A stretch of 64,000 nucleotides of DNA, taken from Eubacterium sp. GTDB taxonomy: Bacteria > Bacillota > Clostridia > Peptostreptococcales > Anaerovoracaceae. The notes below the pieces were generated by a model that saw only the letters and a program-made list of their open reading frames with translations, was not told the DNA's origin and made no database searches. The stretch lies in NCBI GenBank assembly GCA_017533915.1, contig JAFWHX010000002.1, positions 55,064-119,063 on the forward strand, read 5' to 3'. Of this stretch, positions 20,088-29,833 are shown piece by piece. The translations under genes and the position numbers were made by a program. Position 1 is the first letter of the stretch, and each line of letters begins with the position of its first letter.

Positions 20088-20388
20088 AATTCATCCTCCC
20101 GATCAAAATCTTCACTTTCATATATTATACAGTCAGCGCCGATTCTTTACAAGCATATGCAGATGGTGCATCATACCATGCAGAATAAGATATTAATATA
20201 TAAGGAAGAGGCATGTTACTGATCAATTGCCAGAATAATGCTGAAATCATTGCAAATCACTTGATTCTCACATAAAAATCCCTTTTTTTGTCACAAAAAT
20301 GACATAAACAGGTTGTATACTGCTTATTGTAAACATGAAGAATGCCCTGCATACGAAAAAGGGGTAAATACATATAAGAAAAGAAGGA

Positions 20389-22128
20389 ATGGATATGGAC
20401 GAGAAAAATTTTGAGGAAGCAGCAAAGAGATTAAAGGAAAGCGAAGAGGCTGTCAGCGAAGCGAAAGCAGAAGCTGAAGCGGCCGCTTCTGGCAATGCAG
20501 AAACTGATACAGCTGAAGCCGAGGCCGGCCCAGCGGCAGCTTCAGAGTCTGTCAGCGAAGAGCCGGAGGTAAGGCTCGACGACAGCACTCAGGTTATCGA
20601 TGTAGATTACATCTCAGTGGACAACACAGAGACTGCTGACAGCTCAGACAATTTAGACGACACAGCCAGCATAGATGTGGATATCGCAGAGCAGGCTGTC
20701 AAGGCCAACGCAGCAAGCTTTGAAGCAGAAGCAGCGAACGCAGAAGGCTTTGACGCTGACAGAACTACCGGCTTTGATGCTGACAGCACGATCGGCTTCG
20801 ATGCAGCTGCCAAGACAGGCTTTGACGCCGGCAACCCGCAGTATGAGGAGCACGAACAGAGCCGCACTTACGATGAGCCCGCACATACATCATACGCTGG
20901 GGGCGGATCGTCGGATTATTACAGCTCAGCTTCAAGAGCATATGAGCATTCACAGGGTCAGGCAGTCACAGCCGCTCAGGTGAATCGCAACTTCATAAGA
21001 AAGAGCACATTCGTCGCAATACTTATCATAGCGATGCTCTTCACTATGCTTGCGTCAGTCGGCATCACTACTGCGATCAGCACATACATGAACAACAAGA
21101 CTATCAGCAGCATGAAATCATCTGACGACCATGCCACGAACTACACCCTGACACAATCAGACGAATCGCTCTCATTCAAGAGCATCATCCAGAAGACACA
21201 GGATTCTGTGGTATCGATCACGACCGAGTCTGTAACGAATGACATCTGGATGCAGAACTATGTAACACAGGGCGCCGGCAGCGGAGTCATCATTCAGAGC
21301 GACGGCTACATCATCACTTGTGAGCACGTTATCGAAGGCGCCAGGAAGATCACGGTAACTACACGTGACGGCAAAGAATATGACGCACAGATAATCGGAG
21401 CTGATCCGGCGAATGACATCGCAGTTATAAAGATCGACGCAACAGGCCTGCAGGCTGCAACATATGGGGACAGCAGCAAGCTTGAAGTCGGCGACACTAC
21501 TGTAGTCATCGGAAACCCGCTCGGCACACTTTCAGGAACAGCTACGACAGGTATCATCAGCGCACTTGACAGAAAGCTTACGATCGACAACAGAACGATG
21601 AGCCTCCTCCAGACAGATGCTTCCATCAACCCAGGCAACTCCGGCGGCGGCATGTTCGACGCGTCCGGTAACCTGATCGGCATCGTAGAGGCAAAATCCA
21701 CAGGATCTGACATTGACGGCCTCGGGTTTGCTACTCCGATAAACAAAGCTGCCAAGATAGCCAAGGATATCATAGAGAACGGCGGCAGCGGCTATGATGA
21801 CAACGGATCAGAGTCAACGAGCGGTGATCCTAAGATCGGCATCATGGTGACTGAAGTAGACGAAACTGTTGCAAAGCAGTACGGCTACTCACATGGCGGG
21901 CTTCTTGTAAGATCAGTCACGAGCACACAGGCAAGCCTTGCAGGCCTCAATCAGGGAGATATCATCTACAAGGCGGACGGCAAGAACGTATCAGTCCAGT
22001 CTGACCTTACAGATATCCTCGCCAAGAAGAAAGCCGGCGATAAGCTGAAGCTCTCGATCGCACATGATGACGGCAGCACTTCTGAGGTGACTACGATACT
22101 CGTGAGTGAAAGAGACAGCAACAGATAA
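20389..22128 (+). CDS. htrA: HtrA/DegP-family serine protease (S1C) with PDZ domain and a long acidic N-terminal region
   Basis: Catalytic motifs TCEHV, DIAVIKI and GNSGGGMF, then a PDZ domain (GLLVRSV...AGLNQGDIIYKADG). One TM lies near aa 205-230. The N-terminal ~200 aa are low complexity. Confidence 0.9.
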   Translation: MDMDEKNFEEAAKRLKESEEAVSEAKAEAEAAASGNAETDTAEAEAGPAAASESVSEEPEVRLDDSTQVIDVDYISVDNTETADSSDNLDDTASIDVDIAEQAVKANAASFEAEAANAEGFDADRTTGFDADSTIGFDAAAKTGFDAGNPQYEEHEQSRTYDEPAHTSYAGGGSSDYYSSASRAYEHSQGQAVTAAQVNRNFIRKSTFVAILIIAMLFTMLASVGITTAISTYMNNKTISSMKSSDDHATNYTLTQSDESLSFKSIIQKTQDSVVSITTESVTNDIWMQNYVTQGAGSGVIIQSDGYIITCEHVIEGARKITVTTRDGKEYDAQIIGADPANDIAVIKIDATGLQAATYGDSSKLEVGDTTVVIGNPLGTLSGTATTGIISALDRKLTIDNRTMSLLQTDASINPGNSGGGMFDASGNLIGIVEAKSTGSDIDGLGFATPINKAAKIAKDIIENGGSGYDDNGSESTSGDPKIGIMVTEVDETVAKQYGYSHGGLLVRSVTSTQASLAGLNQGDIIYKADGKNVSVQSDLTDILAKKKAGDKLKLSIAHDDGSTSEVTTILVSERDSNR

Positions 22129-22163
22129 AGAATGGTCATACATTATAGATACGATCAGACAAA

Positions 22164-22196
22164 AGAGTCTGTCCTTAACAGGGCAGGCTCTTTTTT
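22164..22196 (+). terminator. Rho-independent terminator of htrA
   Basis: AGAGTCTGTCC-TTAACA-GGGCAGGCTCT followed by TTTTTT. Confidence 0.65.
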
Positions 22197-22326
22197 GCAT
22201 TTTATTGCGCTGATATCGACAGTTGATTATTGACTCTTATCATTATATTATTAATAAGGAGTATTATTGTCTTTCCCGATGCGGCTCAACTGCATCTGGT
22301 TCGGCGAGGGAGGCCGGGACATTCTC

Positions 22327-24132
22327 ATGAAAGCAAATAAAAATGAACCATCCGCGCAGTATCAGAAGCGTATTCCGATACGTACGCGTATCTTGAGCAT
22401 AGTACTGGCAGCGACTATGATCAGCCTGGTGTCTGCGAGCGTTATCGGCATCATATGCATGAGCTGGATAAGAGGCTCGTCCGAGAAGGCGCTTACGGAG
22501 CAGCTGGAGAATAACCTCAAAAGCATTATCAGACAGAAAGCTGTGGCTGCTGACGCAAAACTCGAACATTACGAAAAATACATACAGTTTTCGACAGATT
22601 ATATCGAAGATATGTATAAAGACCCGGATAAGATGATAAATGCGGGCCATATGTACTATTCTCCTGATGATACCAGAGAGTATGCGCTTACCCGCGCATT
22701 CGCAAACAACAAGCTGACAGAAGCCGGCCTGCATGACGAGCTCCTGTTTTTCAGCAATGTAGAGCTTATCTGGGATCCGTTATCACACGAGAACGAGAAT
22801 CTCATCACCACCATCTATGCCGGCACCAAAAACGGCCTCCTGACCTCATATGACAGATGGTCGTACATTTCTGCCGTCCCAGAAGGCGAAGAGCTCATAT
22901 ATAACTATTTCAAGTCTGAATGGTATAAGCAGGGACTGAAAGCGGACAAGCCGTTCTTCACTGGTCTTTATGTCGATTCACAGGGACGCGGCCTGACCAT
23001 TACAGTCGCGTCGCCGTTTAAAGACGCGAAAGGCAGGATCGCAGGCGTGAACGCTGCAGATTTTGATATAACAAGTCTGCATAAAGAGCTGCTGTCGTTC
23101 GATCTCGGCGAAGACACATTCTCATTCACTCTGGATAAAGACGGCATGCTGATCTCACCGGATGCAAAGGATATGACTGTCGAGAAATATACAGGACTTT
23201 CAAAAGATGAGATACAGTATCTTCTTAAGAATCCGGATAATCTAATGGAGAAGAACGAATCTCTTTACATATCTATTCCTATCGAGCGTGTCGGCTGGAC
23301 GCTTTGCGCCTGTGTCCCCAAGAAGATGATCGAAGGCAGCATAAAGGAGGCAAATAATTCCATCAGATATACGTACGGTATCTTCCTGGCTATCGCGATC
23401 ATCATTCTGATCCTCTCTGTATACGTCGTGAACAAAGCCGTCCGCACCATCACATACCCTATGGAGCTCCTTGGAAAAGACATGAAGATCATCGCAGGCG
23501 GCGATCTCAAACACAGAGCCAAAGTATACCGGAATGATGAGATCGGAGACATGACAAACGAGCTGAATGCGCTTGTTGACCGGCTTTCCGACACGATGAA
23601 CGATCTGATCAGCGCCAAGCAGCGGGCAGATGCCATGACAACGCTCGCAACACGCGACTCTCTTACCGGTATCCGCAACAAGACCGCTTATGAGGCACTG
23701 ACACGCGACATCGAACAAAAGCTCTCTGTCGGCTATACTCCTTTCGGCATCGTCATGATCGATATGAACAACCTCAAAGAGATCAATGACAGCTACGGCC
23801 ATAATAACGGCGATATCGCGATCAAGAACGTCAGCAAGACGATATGTGATGTCTTTGCCCATTCGCCTGTGTTCCGCATAGGCGGTGACGAATTCGCAGT
23901 CATACTTACGAATTCAGATTACGGGAATATAGAAAAGCTCTATGAGAGATTCAGGTCGATAGTAGATGAATCATGTAAAGATATGAGCATTCAGCCGTGG
24001 GAGAAGATCTCTGCCGCGATCGGCTACGCAATATATGATGAAAACCAGGATCAGAATGTTGAGTCTGTTCTTGAAAGAGCTGATAAAGAAATGTACAAAT
24101 GCAAGCGGAAGATGGAAAAGCCTGACATGTAG
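22327..24132 (+). CDS. Diguanylate cyclase with extracytoplasmic double-Cache sensor, HAMP and GGDEF domains
   Basis: MKANKNEP start with a GAGGGAGG RBS. Order is TM, Cache-like region, TM, HAMP, then a GGDEF domain with an intact RIGGDEF. No RxxD I-site was seen. Confidence 0.9.
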   Translation: MKANKNEPSAQYQKRIPIRTRILSIVLAATMISLVSASVIGIICMSWIRGSSEKALTEQLENNLKSIIRQKAVAADAKLEHYEKYIQFSTDYIEDMYKDPDKMINAGHMYYSPDDTREYALTRAFANNKLTEAGLHDELLFFSNVELIWDPLSHENENLITTIYAGTKNGLLTSYDRWSYISAVPEGEELIYNYFKSEWYKQGLKADKPFFTGLYVDSQGRGLTITVASPFKDAKGRIAGVNAADFDITSLHKELLSFDLGEDTFSFTLDKDGMLISPDAKDMTVEKYTGLSKDEIQYLLKNPDNLMEKNESLYISIPIERVGWTLCACVPKKMIEGSIKEANNSIRYTYGIFLAIAIIILILSVYVVNKAVRTITYPMELLGKDMKIIAGGDLKHRAKVYRNDEIGDMTNELNALVDRLSDTMNDLISAKQRADAMTTLATRDSLTGIRNKTAYEALTRDIEQKLSVGYTPFGIVMIDMNNLKEINDSYGHNNGDIAIKNVSKTICDVFAHSPVFRIGGDEFAVILTNSDYGNIEKLYERFRSIVDESCKDMSIQPWEKISAAIGYAIYDENQDQNVESVLERADKEMYKCKRKMEKPDM

Positions 24133-24161
24133 CACCGGGATCCCGCTCCCTGATACGGTAC

Positions 24162-24198
24162 AAAAAAAGCGCGCGCCGTACGGCGCGCGCTTATTATT
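24162..24198. terminator. Bidirectional terminator between convergent genes
   Basis: Perfect palindrome AAGCGCGCGCCGTACGGCGCGCGCTT, flanked by an A7 tract upstream and TTATTATT downstream. Confidence 0.75.
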
Positions 24199-24206
24199 AT
24201 CTCAGA

Positions 24207-25148
24207 TTATGCCTCTTCAGTTTCTTGAGGCATCTTCTCCTCGAACCAGCTCAACAGGTCGTGGTACACTTTATCACGATCAAGCTCGTTCAGGATCTCA
24301 TGACGATCACCTTCGTATAACTTCATCTCAATATCCTGCAGCCCTGCATCCTTATAGAGCTTGAATGCCTGCTTTACACCCTCGCCGTAATTACCCACAG
24401 GATCTTCTGCTCCTGAAACGAGAAGCACAGGCAGATCCTTGCGGATCATCTCGACTGTCTTCCTGTCCTGGCAGTCCTTGAAGCTGTAGAACAGATTGTA
24501 ATATCCATTCACAGTGAATATGAATGTGCATTTCTTATTCGAAAGATACGCTTTTTTGTTCTCTGTATTCTTGGACAGCCATTCCGCAGGCGTCTCATTT
24601 CCGAATCTCTTATTATAATTCCCGGATGCCATATTGCGTACGAGTTTGCTCCTGTATCTCCATCCGCGGATCGCTGCGATCGCTCTGCAGAGCATCATAC
24701 CTGAGTCCAGAGCTAAAGCTCCCTGGCTTCCTGTCCCCATGATCACTGCGCCTGAGAGTCCTTCGCCGTATCTTGCCATGAACTGCCTGGCGAGGAACGA
24801 GCCCATGCTGTGTCCAAGTATGAAATATGGGACTTCAGGGTACTTTTCCCGTGTCATATCCCTCAGCGTCCGTATATCCTCAAGAAGGCATCTGTTTCCG
24901 TTCTTTTCACGGAAATAGCCATAATCATCCGATGAATCTACAGAATCGCCGTGCCCCAGGTGATCGTTTCCGACTACGCAGAATCCATTATCCGCCATGA
25001 ATGACGCAAATTCATCATACCTTCCGATGTATTCCGTCATCCCGTGTATGAGCTGAAGAACAGCTCTCGGTTCGTCTTTCGGACCCCATTCTACCGCATG
25101 TATCTTATGTTCTCCGTCTATAGATCTGTAATAAAACTCATTTCTCAT
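24207..25148 (-). CDS. Alpha/beta hydrolase (lysophospholipase / monoacylglycerol lipase-like)
   Basis: Nucleophile elbow GHSMGS and an HGMTEY oxyanion region. The start at MRNEFYY has an AGGTGGA RBS. The track ORF extends to 25181. Confidence 0.85.
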   Translation of the reverse strand: MRNEFYYRSIDGEHKIHAVEWGPKDEPRAVLQLIHGMTEYIGRYDEFASFMADNGFCVVGNDHLGHGDSVDSSDDYGYFREKNGNRCLLEDIRTLRDMTREKYPEVPYFILGHSMGSFLARQFMARYGEGLSGAVIMGTGSQGALALDSGMMLCRAIAAIRGWRYRSKLVRNMASGNYNKRFGNETPAEWLSKNTENKKAYLSNKKCTFIFTVNGYYNLFYSFKDCQDRKTVEMIRKDLPVLLVSGAEDPVGNYGEGVKQAFKLYKDAGLQDIEMKLYEGDRHEILNELDRDKVYHDLLSWFEEKMPQETEEA

Positions 25149-25164
25149 AGCGAATCCACCTGCC

Positions 25165-25839
25165 TTATTTATATATCGCAAAATCAGCGCCTTCCTTCAT
25201 GACGAAGTCTTTCAGCCTTCTGACATGATCAAAAGCGATATCGCGAGCATGCTCACTGTCTCCTGACATGAGAGCCTCAATTATCTCACGGTGCTCCGTT
25301 GGCATGTTCTTATAGTTTGCCAGATCTTCATAATAAAGATAGCGGAACCTGAGTACCTGTGTCTGCACAGTACTTACGATCTGCGCGAGGGTCTTGTTTC
25401 CGGAAAGTCTCGCGATCCTCTTGTGGAAAGCCTCATCAGCGCGGATCATGGTATCCATATCGCCTGACTCTATCGCCGCGGCATACCTGTCAGTAAGCTC
25501 AAGCAGCTTCTGTTCCTCGCCCTTGGTGATTCGCGATGATGCCAGATACGCAGCCAGCGCATCCAGATCCTCCCGGACGGTCAGGGTATCTATCATGTCT
25601 TTCACCGAGATCTCAGAAGCAAAATTACCGCGTCTCGGCTCGATAGTGACCAGCCCTTCTTTACCAAGCTCACGCACCGCTTCTCTTACGGGAGTCCTGG
25701 AGACGCCCAGATCTTCAGCGAGCTCGATCTCCATCATGCGCGTCCCAGGACGGATCTTTCCTGTAAGGATGCGCCTCTTCAGCTGCTCATAAACCTGTTC
25801 CCTGAGCGGCTTGTGATTCACACGATCATTATTGTCCAT
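25165..25839 (-). CDS. GntR family transcriptional regulator (FadR/FCD subfamily)
   Basis: Winged HTH LREQVYEQLKRRILTGKIRPGTRMMEIELAEDLGVSRTPVREAVREL plus a helical FCD C-terminal domain. Confidence 0.9.
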   Translation of the reverse strand: MDNNDRVNHKPLREQVYEQLKRRILTGKIRPGTRMMEIELAEDLGVSRTPVREAVRELGKEGLVTIEPRRGNFASEISVKDMIDTLTVREDLDALAAYLASSRITKGEEQKLLELTDRYAAAIESGDMDTMIRADEAFHKRIARLSGNKTLAQIVSTVQTQVLRFRYLYYEDLANYKNMPTEHREIIEALMSGDSEHARDIAFDHVRRLKDFVMKEGADFAIYK

Positions 25840-25863
25840 GGCTTTTCTCCATCTGTACATGCC

Positions 25864-26952
25864 CTATATGGCTGTCCTGGTCCAATATGTTTCCAGGCCT
25901 TCTGCTCTGAGCTTTTCCGCAGCTTCCTTTGCCTCGCTCATCGAGCCGAATATACCGAACACAGTCGGCCCGCTCCCGCTCATCAAAGCAAACTTTGCTC
26001 CTGCTTCGAGCATTTTTCCCTTTGTCTCCGCGACTTTAGGATATCTGTCAAGAGTATACTCTTCCAGAACATTTATAAAATCCCTATACAGGTCTGCGTC
26101 AGGTCGTGCAGATCTGTGCCTGGATTTTTTCGCCTTTTCATTCATGCAGCTGACGAGCCTGTCGTTATCAGGCCTCTTCGCTATCTCGCGCGCGTCTATC
26201 CCTTCGTAGACTTCTTTCGTCGATACGCTGAACTTTGGCTTGGAGATGACTACCCAGCTGTCAAGCGGCGTGACCGGAACGAGCTCTGTCCCGCGCCCTG
26301 TTGCTCTGGCGCATGATACAGCCATCGCGTCTTTTCTGATGTATTCCGGAAACTTTCTGTTTGACCTTGCCTGTCCCATCACACAGAAAGGAACGTCAGA
26401 ACCGAGCTTTGCCCCAAGATCCATAAGCTCAGAAAGACTGAGCCCGAGTCCCCATATGATATTCAGCGCATGAAGCACAGCAGCGGCGTTCCCGCTTCCT
26501 CCTGCCAGTCCTCCTGCGACCGGGATCCTCTTTCTTATCGAGATCCTGATAGTACCTGGAGCGACATACACCGGATCTTTGCATCCGTCTTCATGATCGA
26601 TGCCGCAGTCCGAGCCGGATCCCGTACCTTTGCGCTCACCATCCTGATCCCGGCTGCCGCCTGATACAAGATCCACCATAAGCTCTGCTGCCTGATATGC
26701 CAGGTTTCGGTTATCTACAGGAAGATAATAGCGGTTCGTACTGACCTCTATGTCAAACGAGCCGCCATCGCCGGAAGCCGTCCCGCAGCCTTCCCGGCCG
26801 GGATCTGACGGCATATATTCAACTGTTACGTCATCGTGGAACGAAAGCTGCTGCATCACCATGTCGACCCGGTGGTATCCGTTATCACCGCGCGGGCCGA
26901 CATCGATCGACAGATTGATCTTGACAAATGACTTTATCTCTACTTTTGCCAT
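25864..26952 (-). CDS. ispE: 4-diphosphocytidyl-2-C-methyl-D-erythritol kinase IspE (unusually long, with insertions)
   Basis: GHMP kinase motifs KINLSIDV and IPVAGGLAGGSGNAAA. The C-terminal SGSGPTVFG motif is also present. Confidence 0.85.
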   Translation of the reverse strand: MAKVEIKSFVKINLSIDVGPRGDNGYHRVDMVMQQLSFHDDVTVEYMPSDPGREGCGTASGDGGSFDIEVSTNRYYLPVDNRNLAYQAAELMVDLVSGGSRDQDGERKGTGSGSDCGIDHEDGCKDPVYVAPGTIRISIRKRIPVAGGLAGGSGNAAAVLHALNIIWGLGLSLSELMDLGAKLGSDVPFCVMGQARSNRKFPEYIRKDAMAVSCARATGRGTELVPVTPLDSWVVISKPKFSVSTKEVYEGIDAREIAKRPDNDRLVSCMNEKAKKSRHRSARPDADLYRDFINVLEEYTLDRYPKVAETKGKMLEAGAKFALMSGSGPTVFGIFGSMSEAKEAAEKLRAEGLETYWTRTAI

Positions 26953-27022
26953 ATCCTGAATGCATTTACCTGATCTGTTTCCGGAACGATCATCCTGAGG
27001 CTCCGGAACAGTGCAGGCTCAA

Positions 27023-27919
27023 CTATTTTCTTCCGCCCTTTTTCTTCTTTTTATTATCCGGTTCCTGCTTATCTGATTTCTTCTTGCTGTATCCTTCAGC
27101 TTTACGCTGCTGTTTCTCAGCTTCGAGTCTCTCTGCTTCAGCTTCGGCCTTAGCCTTGCGTCCCGTCTTATATGTCGCGCCGGCAGCTGATATAGGCTGC
27201 GGCTTCTTGACTTTATATAAGTCGCCGTCGCGTTTCTGGTCTTTCTCTACGGCGCCTGCAACGGCCTTCTTCTCCTGCTTTTTCTTCTTTTTCTCGTGCT
27301 CTGCGATGACCTGCTCTACAGTCTTGCCTGTCTCTTTTGCCTCTTTGTACGGATTGTACCCGGCTTCTTTGATCTTCTGCTTTGCCTCTTCTTCAGCCTC
27401 TTTCTTGGTCTGGTAGAATGTGAGTCCCATCATCGCGACCATCATTCCGACCATGAGCACCATGTAGACCATCATGCCCTGGCCCTGGTTCATCGTGGTG
27501 AAACTTATACGCTGTTCATCGCCAAGAGTATCACCGGCATTGTCGCGGAAATCACCGTCTATTATGCACGTATACTCTGTCGCGTCCTGAATAGCGCCTT
27601 TACCTGTCTCCGGGATCTTGGTCGTATCCGCGAGGATCAGGACATACTTCGGGTTCTCTTTGTTATAGTAGATGAGTGACGGGAATTCCTTGCCCTTCTC
27701 ATCGATGATCCTGAACGCATCTTTATTCGCCTCTACGGATTCGTCGTTCCCGACTTCCTGGCTGAATATGATCTTCACGCACAGATTCTCTTTGGTCGTG
27801 CCCTTGGCGCCGTCCTCAGGCGTCGTAGTCTCGATGCGGAAGTCGGCGGCGAAGCATGTCGCTGTCGTCATGATCATCAAAACCATTATTGCTGCAATTG
27901 TTGTCCCGATCTTTTTCAT
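27023..27919 (-). CDS. Membrane-anchored protein: signal peptide, Ig-like domain, one TM, Lys/Glu-rich cytoplasmic tail
   Basis: 298 aa. A signal-like N-terminus is followed by a beta-rich ~130-aa domain, a Met-rich TM (MMVYMVLMVGMMVAMMGL) and a tail ending KKKKKGGRK. No catalytic motif is recognisable. Confidence 0.65.
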   Translation of the reverse strand: MKKIGTTIAAIMVLMIMTTATCFAADFRIETTTPEDGAKGTTKENLCVKIIFSQEVGNDESVEANKDAFRIIDEKGKEFPSLIYYNKENPKYVLILADTTKIPETGKGAIQDATEYTCIIDGDFRDNAGDTLGDEQRISFTTMNQGQGMMVYMVLMVGMMVAMMGLTFYQTKKEAEEEAKQKIKEAGYNPYKEAKETGKTVEQVIAEHEKKKKKQEKKAVAGAVEKDQKRDGDLYKVKKPQPISAAGATYKTGRKAKAEAEAERLEAEKQQRKAEGYSKKKSDKQEPDNKKKKKGGRK

Positions 27920-27964
27920 TATATATTTCCTCCATATAGGTATTAGACTTCTTCGGCGTCAATG

Positions 27965-28447
27965 TCAGGGCTTTGATCTGAGTCCCCTGAAAAACTCCTT
28001 GAGCATCGCCGAGCATTCGTCTTTCAGAATGCCGCGCTCGACTTTGATCATGTGATTAAGGTCCGGATTAGACGCAACGTTCATCACCGAGCCGCACGCA
28101 CCGGCTTTCGGGTCGTCTGCTCCGATATACAGCTCTTCAATCCTCGCCCAGACCATCGCTCCTGCGCACATCGGGCACGGCTCGCATGTAACGTACGCTG
28201 AACATCCGGGGAGCCGCCAGCCGCCGAGCGCTTTCGAAGCTTCCCTTATTGCGTTCATCTCTGCATGCACGGTCGGATCCTTTTCTGTCTCTGTGAGGTT
28301 ATGCCCGCGTGCGATGATCCTGCCGTCACGCACTATCACGCATCCTACCGGCACTTCACCAAGATCAAAAGCTGTCCTCGCCTCTTTCAGCGCTTCCCGC
28401 ATATAATATTCCGGGCCGGCCTCATTTTTATCAGAATACCTGTCCAT
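27965..28447 (-). CDS. tadA: tRNA adenosine(34) deaminase TadA (start uncertain; the ORF reaches 28501 via GTG)
   Basis: CDA zinc motifs HAEMNAI and PCPMCAG; EVPVGCVIV near the N-terminus. Confidence 0.9.
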   Translation of the reverse strand: MDRYSDKNEAGPEYYMREALKEARTAFDLGEVPVGCVIVRDGRIIARGHNLTETEKDPTVHAEMNAIREASKALGGWRLPGCSAYVTCEPCPMCAGAMVWARIEELYIGADDPKAGACGSVMNVASNPDLNHMIKVERGILKDECSAMLKEFFRGLRSKP

Positions 28448-28558
28448 ATAAACTAAATCGTGTATACAATATCCACTATCAAACGAGTATACACCAAACA
28501 CCGTGCAGTTTCAAGGCTTTCACGGTCTGTAGAACTATGCGCTTCTGTAATTATGGGA

Positions 28559-29206
28559 TTATTTGAAAACAGCTTCTTTCGCGTAGCGGAAAAGAATAAA
28601 GAGTGGATTGTTATCGTAGATGACGCCACTGAAGTATGATTCATCCAGATAGTTCCTGATAGTTTCAGCTGTAGCGTCAGGCAGGAATTCCATAACGAGC
28701 ACGAGCCCCGCAAGGAGGAGCAGTACATAGAACACTCCAAGCGCTATCCCGAGCACAAGGCCGCCGGTACTGTCTATGAAAGCGAGCGGACCGTCATGAT
28801 ACTCCTTGGACAGCAGATGTACTATGATGAACAGCACTATCTTCACTGCCAGCATAAGAAGCAGGAACGAGAACAGCGTGATTATAAATGAAGCTACGCC
28901 CTGAGAGACCTGGCTTGATGCAGCATCTGCAGCGATCCCGATCCAGTTGCGAACGATCGAAGGGGCAGATGTAACAGCGGATGATTCCATGATAGAATCT
29001 GACAGGTTTTCCGCTATAGAAGCCTCGATCTTCCGGCCGACGCCGGCGCCATAGATAAAGCTCCTGATCTCATCATAGAAGAACAGGCCACAGGCAAAAC
29101 AGGCAACCCAAGATATCACGCTCACCACACTTCTCACGAAGCCGATGTGCGCGTAGCAAACAGCAGATATGAATACTATTATGCAGATCGTAAGGTCTAT
29201 TGCCAT
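28559..29206 (-). CDS. cvpA: CvpA-family membrane protein
   Basis: 215 aa with 4-5 TM segments. CvpA-like N-terminus DLTICIIVFISAVCYAHIGFVRSV. Confidence 0.7.
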   Translation of the reverse strand: MAIDLTICIIVFISAVCYAHIGFVRSVVSVISWVACFACGLFFYDEIRSFIYGAGVGRKIEASIAENLSDSIMESSAVTSAPSIVRNWIGIAADAASSQVSQGVASFIITLFSFLLLMLAVKIVLFIIVHLLSKEYHDGPLAFIDSTGGLVLGIALGVFYVLLLLAGLVLVMEFLPDATAETIRNYLDESYFSGVIYDNNPLFILFRYAKEAVFK

Positions 29207-29383
29207 GTCTTATCCCTGCAGTCTATATCCGGCGGCATCTGAAGCTGCCGCACAGGCGATCGCCCGCGGCACTGAAAGCTGCCGCACATCTGATCATCAG
29301 CAGCATTTACCACCGCAGCGGAACATGTCCCGGGGCATCCTGCAGATGCCCCGGATATTGAAACAGTTCAAGTTTGTAATAGA

Positions 29384-29833
29384 TTATTTGCTTTCCGGCT
29401 CGAGGTCGATATCAGCGTTGAGCTCAAGAACTGAAGTGCAGTTCGGGCATCTTGTAGCGCCGATCGCGATCTCTGTCTTGCAGAACGGGCACTCTTTTGT
29501 CGTCGGCTCTTCTGGAGCCTCTTCTTCCTTCTTCTTGAGGTTAGCGGCCTTGTTCATTGCCTTGAGCAGGCAGAAGATGCAGAACGCAACGATCAGAAAG
29601 TCGATCACAGCCTGGATGAACGCGCCGTAGCCGATCTGGGCTTTACCTACTGTTATGGCGAGCTTTGAGAAGTTGACTCCGCCCATAGCGGCACCGATTA
29701 TCGGTGTGATGATGTTATCGACAAGAGCAGTGATGATCGCTCCGAACGCACCGCCGATAACTACGCCTACTGCCATGTCCATGACATTTCCGCGCATTGC
29801 AAATTCCTTGAATTCTTTGATGAAAGCTTTCAT
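29384..29833 (-). CDS. mscL: Large-conductance mechanosensitive channel MscL with a C-terminal CxxC..CxxC zinc-ribbon extension
   Basis: FKEFAMRGNVMDMAVGVVIGGAFG is the canonical MscL TM1. The C-terminus contains CPFCKTEIAIGATRCPNC. Confidence 0.9.
   Translation of the reverse strand: MKAFIKEFKEFAMRGNVMDMAVGVVIGGAFGAIITALVDNIITPIIGAAMGGVNFSKLAITVGKAQIGYGAFIQAVIDFLIVAFCIFCLLKAMNKAANLKKKEEEAPEEPTTKECPFCKTEIAIGATRCPNCTSVLELNADIDLEPESK

Noticed and set aside
22264-22734. 156-aa minus-strand ORF overlapping the 5' end of the diguanylate cyclase gene
   Set aside because: It is antisense to a gene with clear Cache/HAMP/GGDEF domains. It is Cys/Arg/Phe-rich with no motifs.
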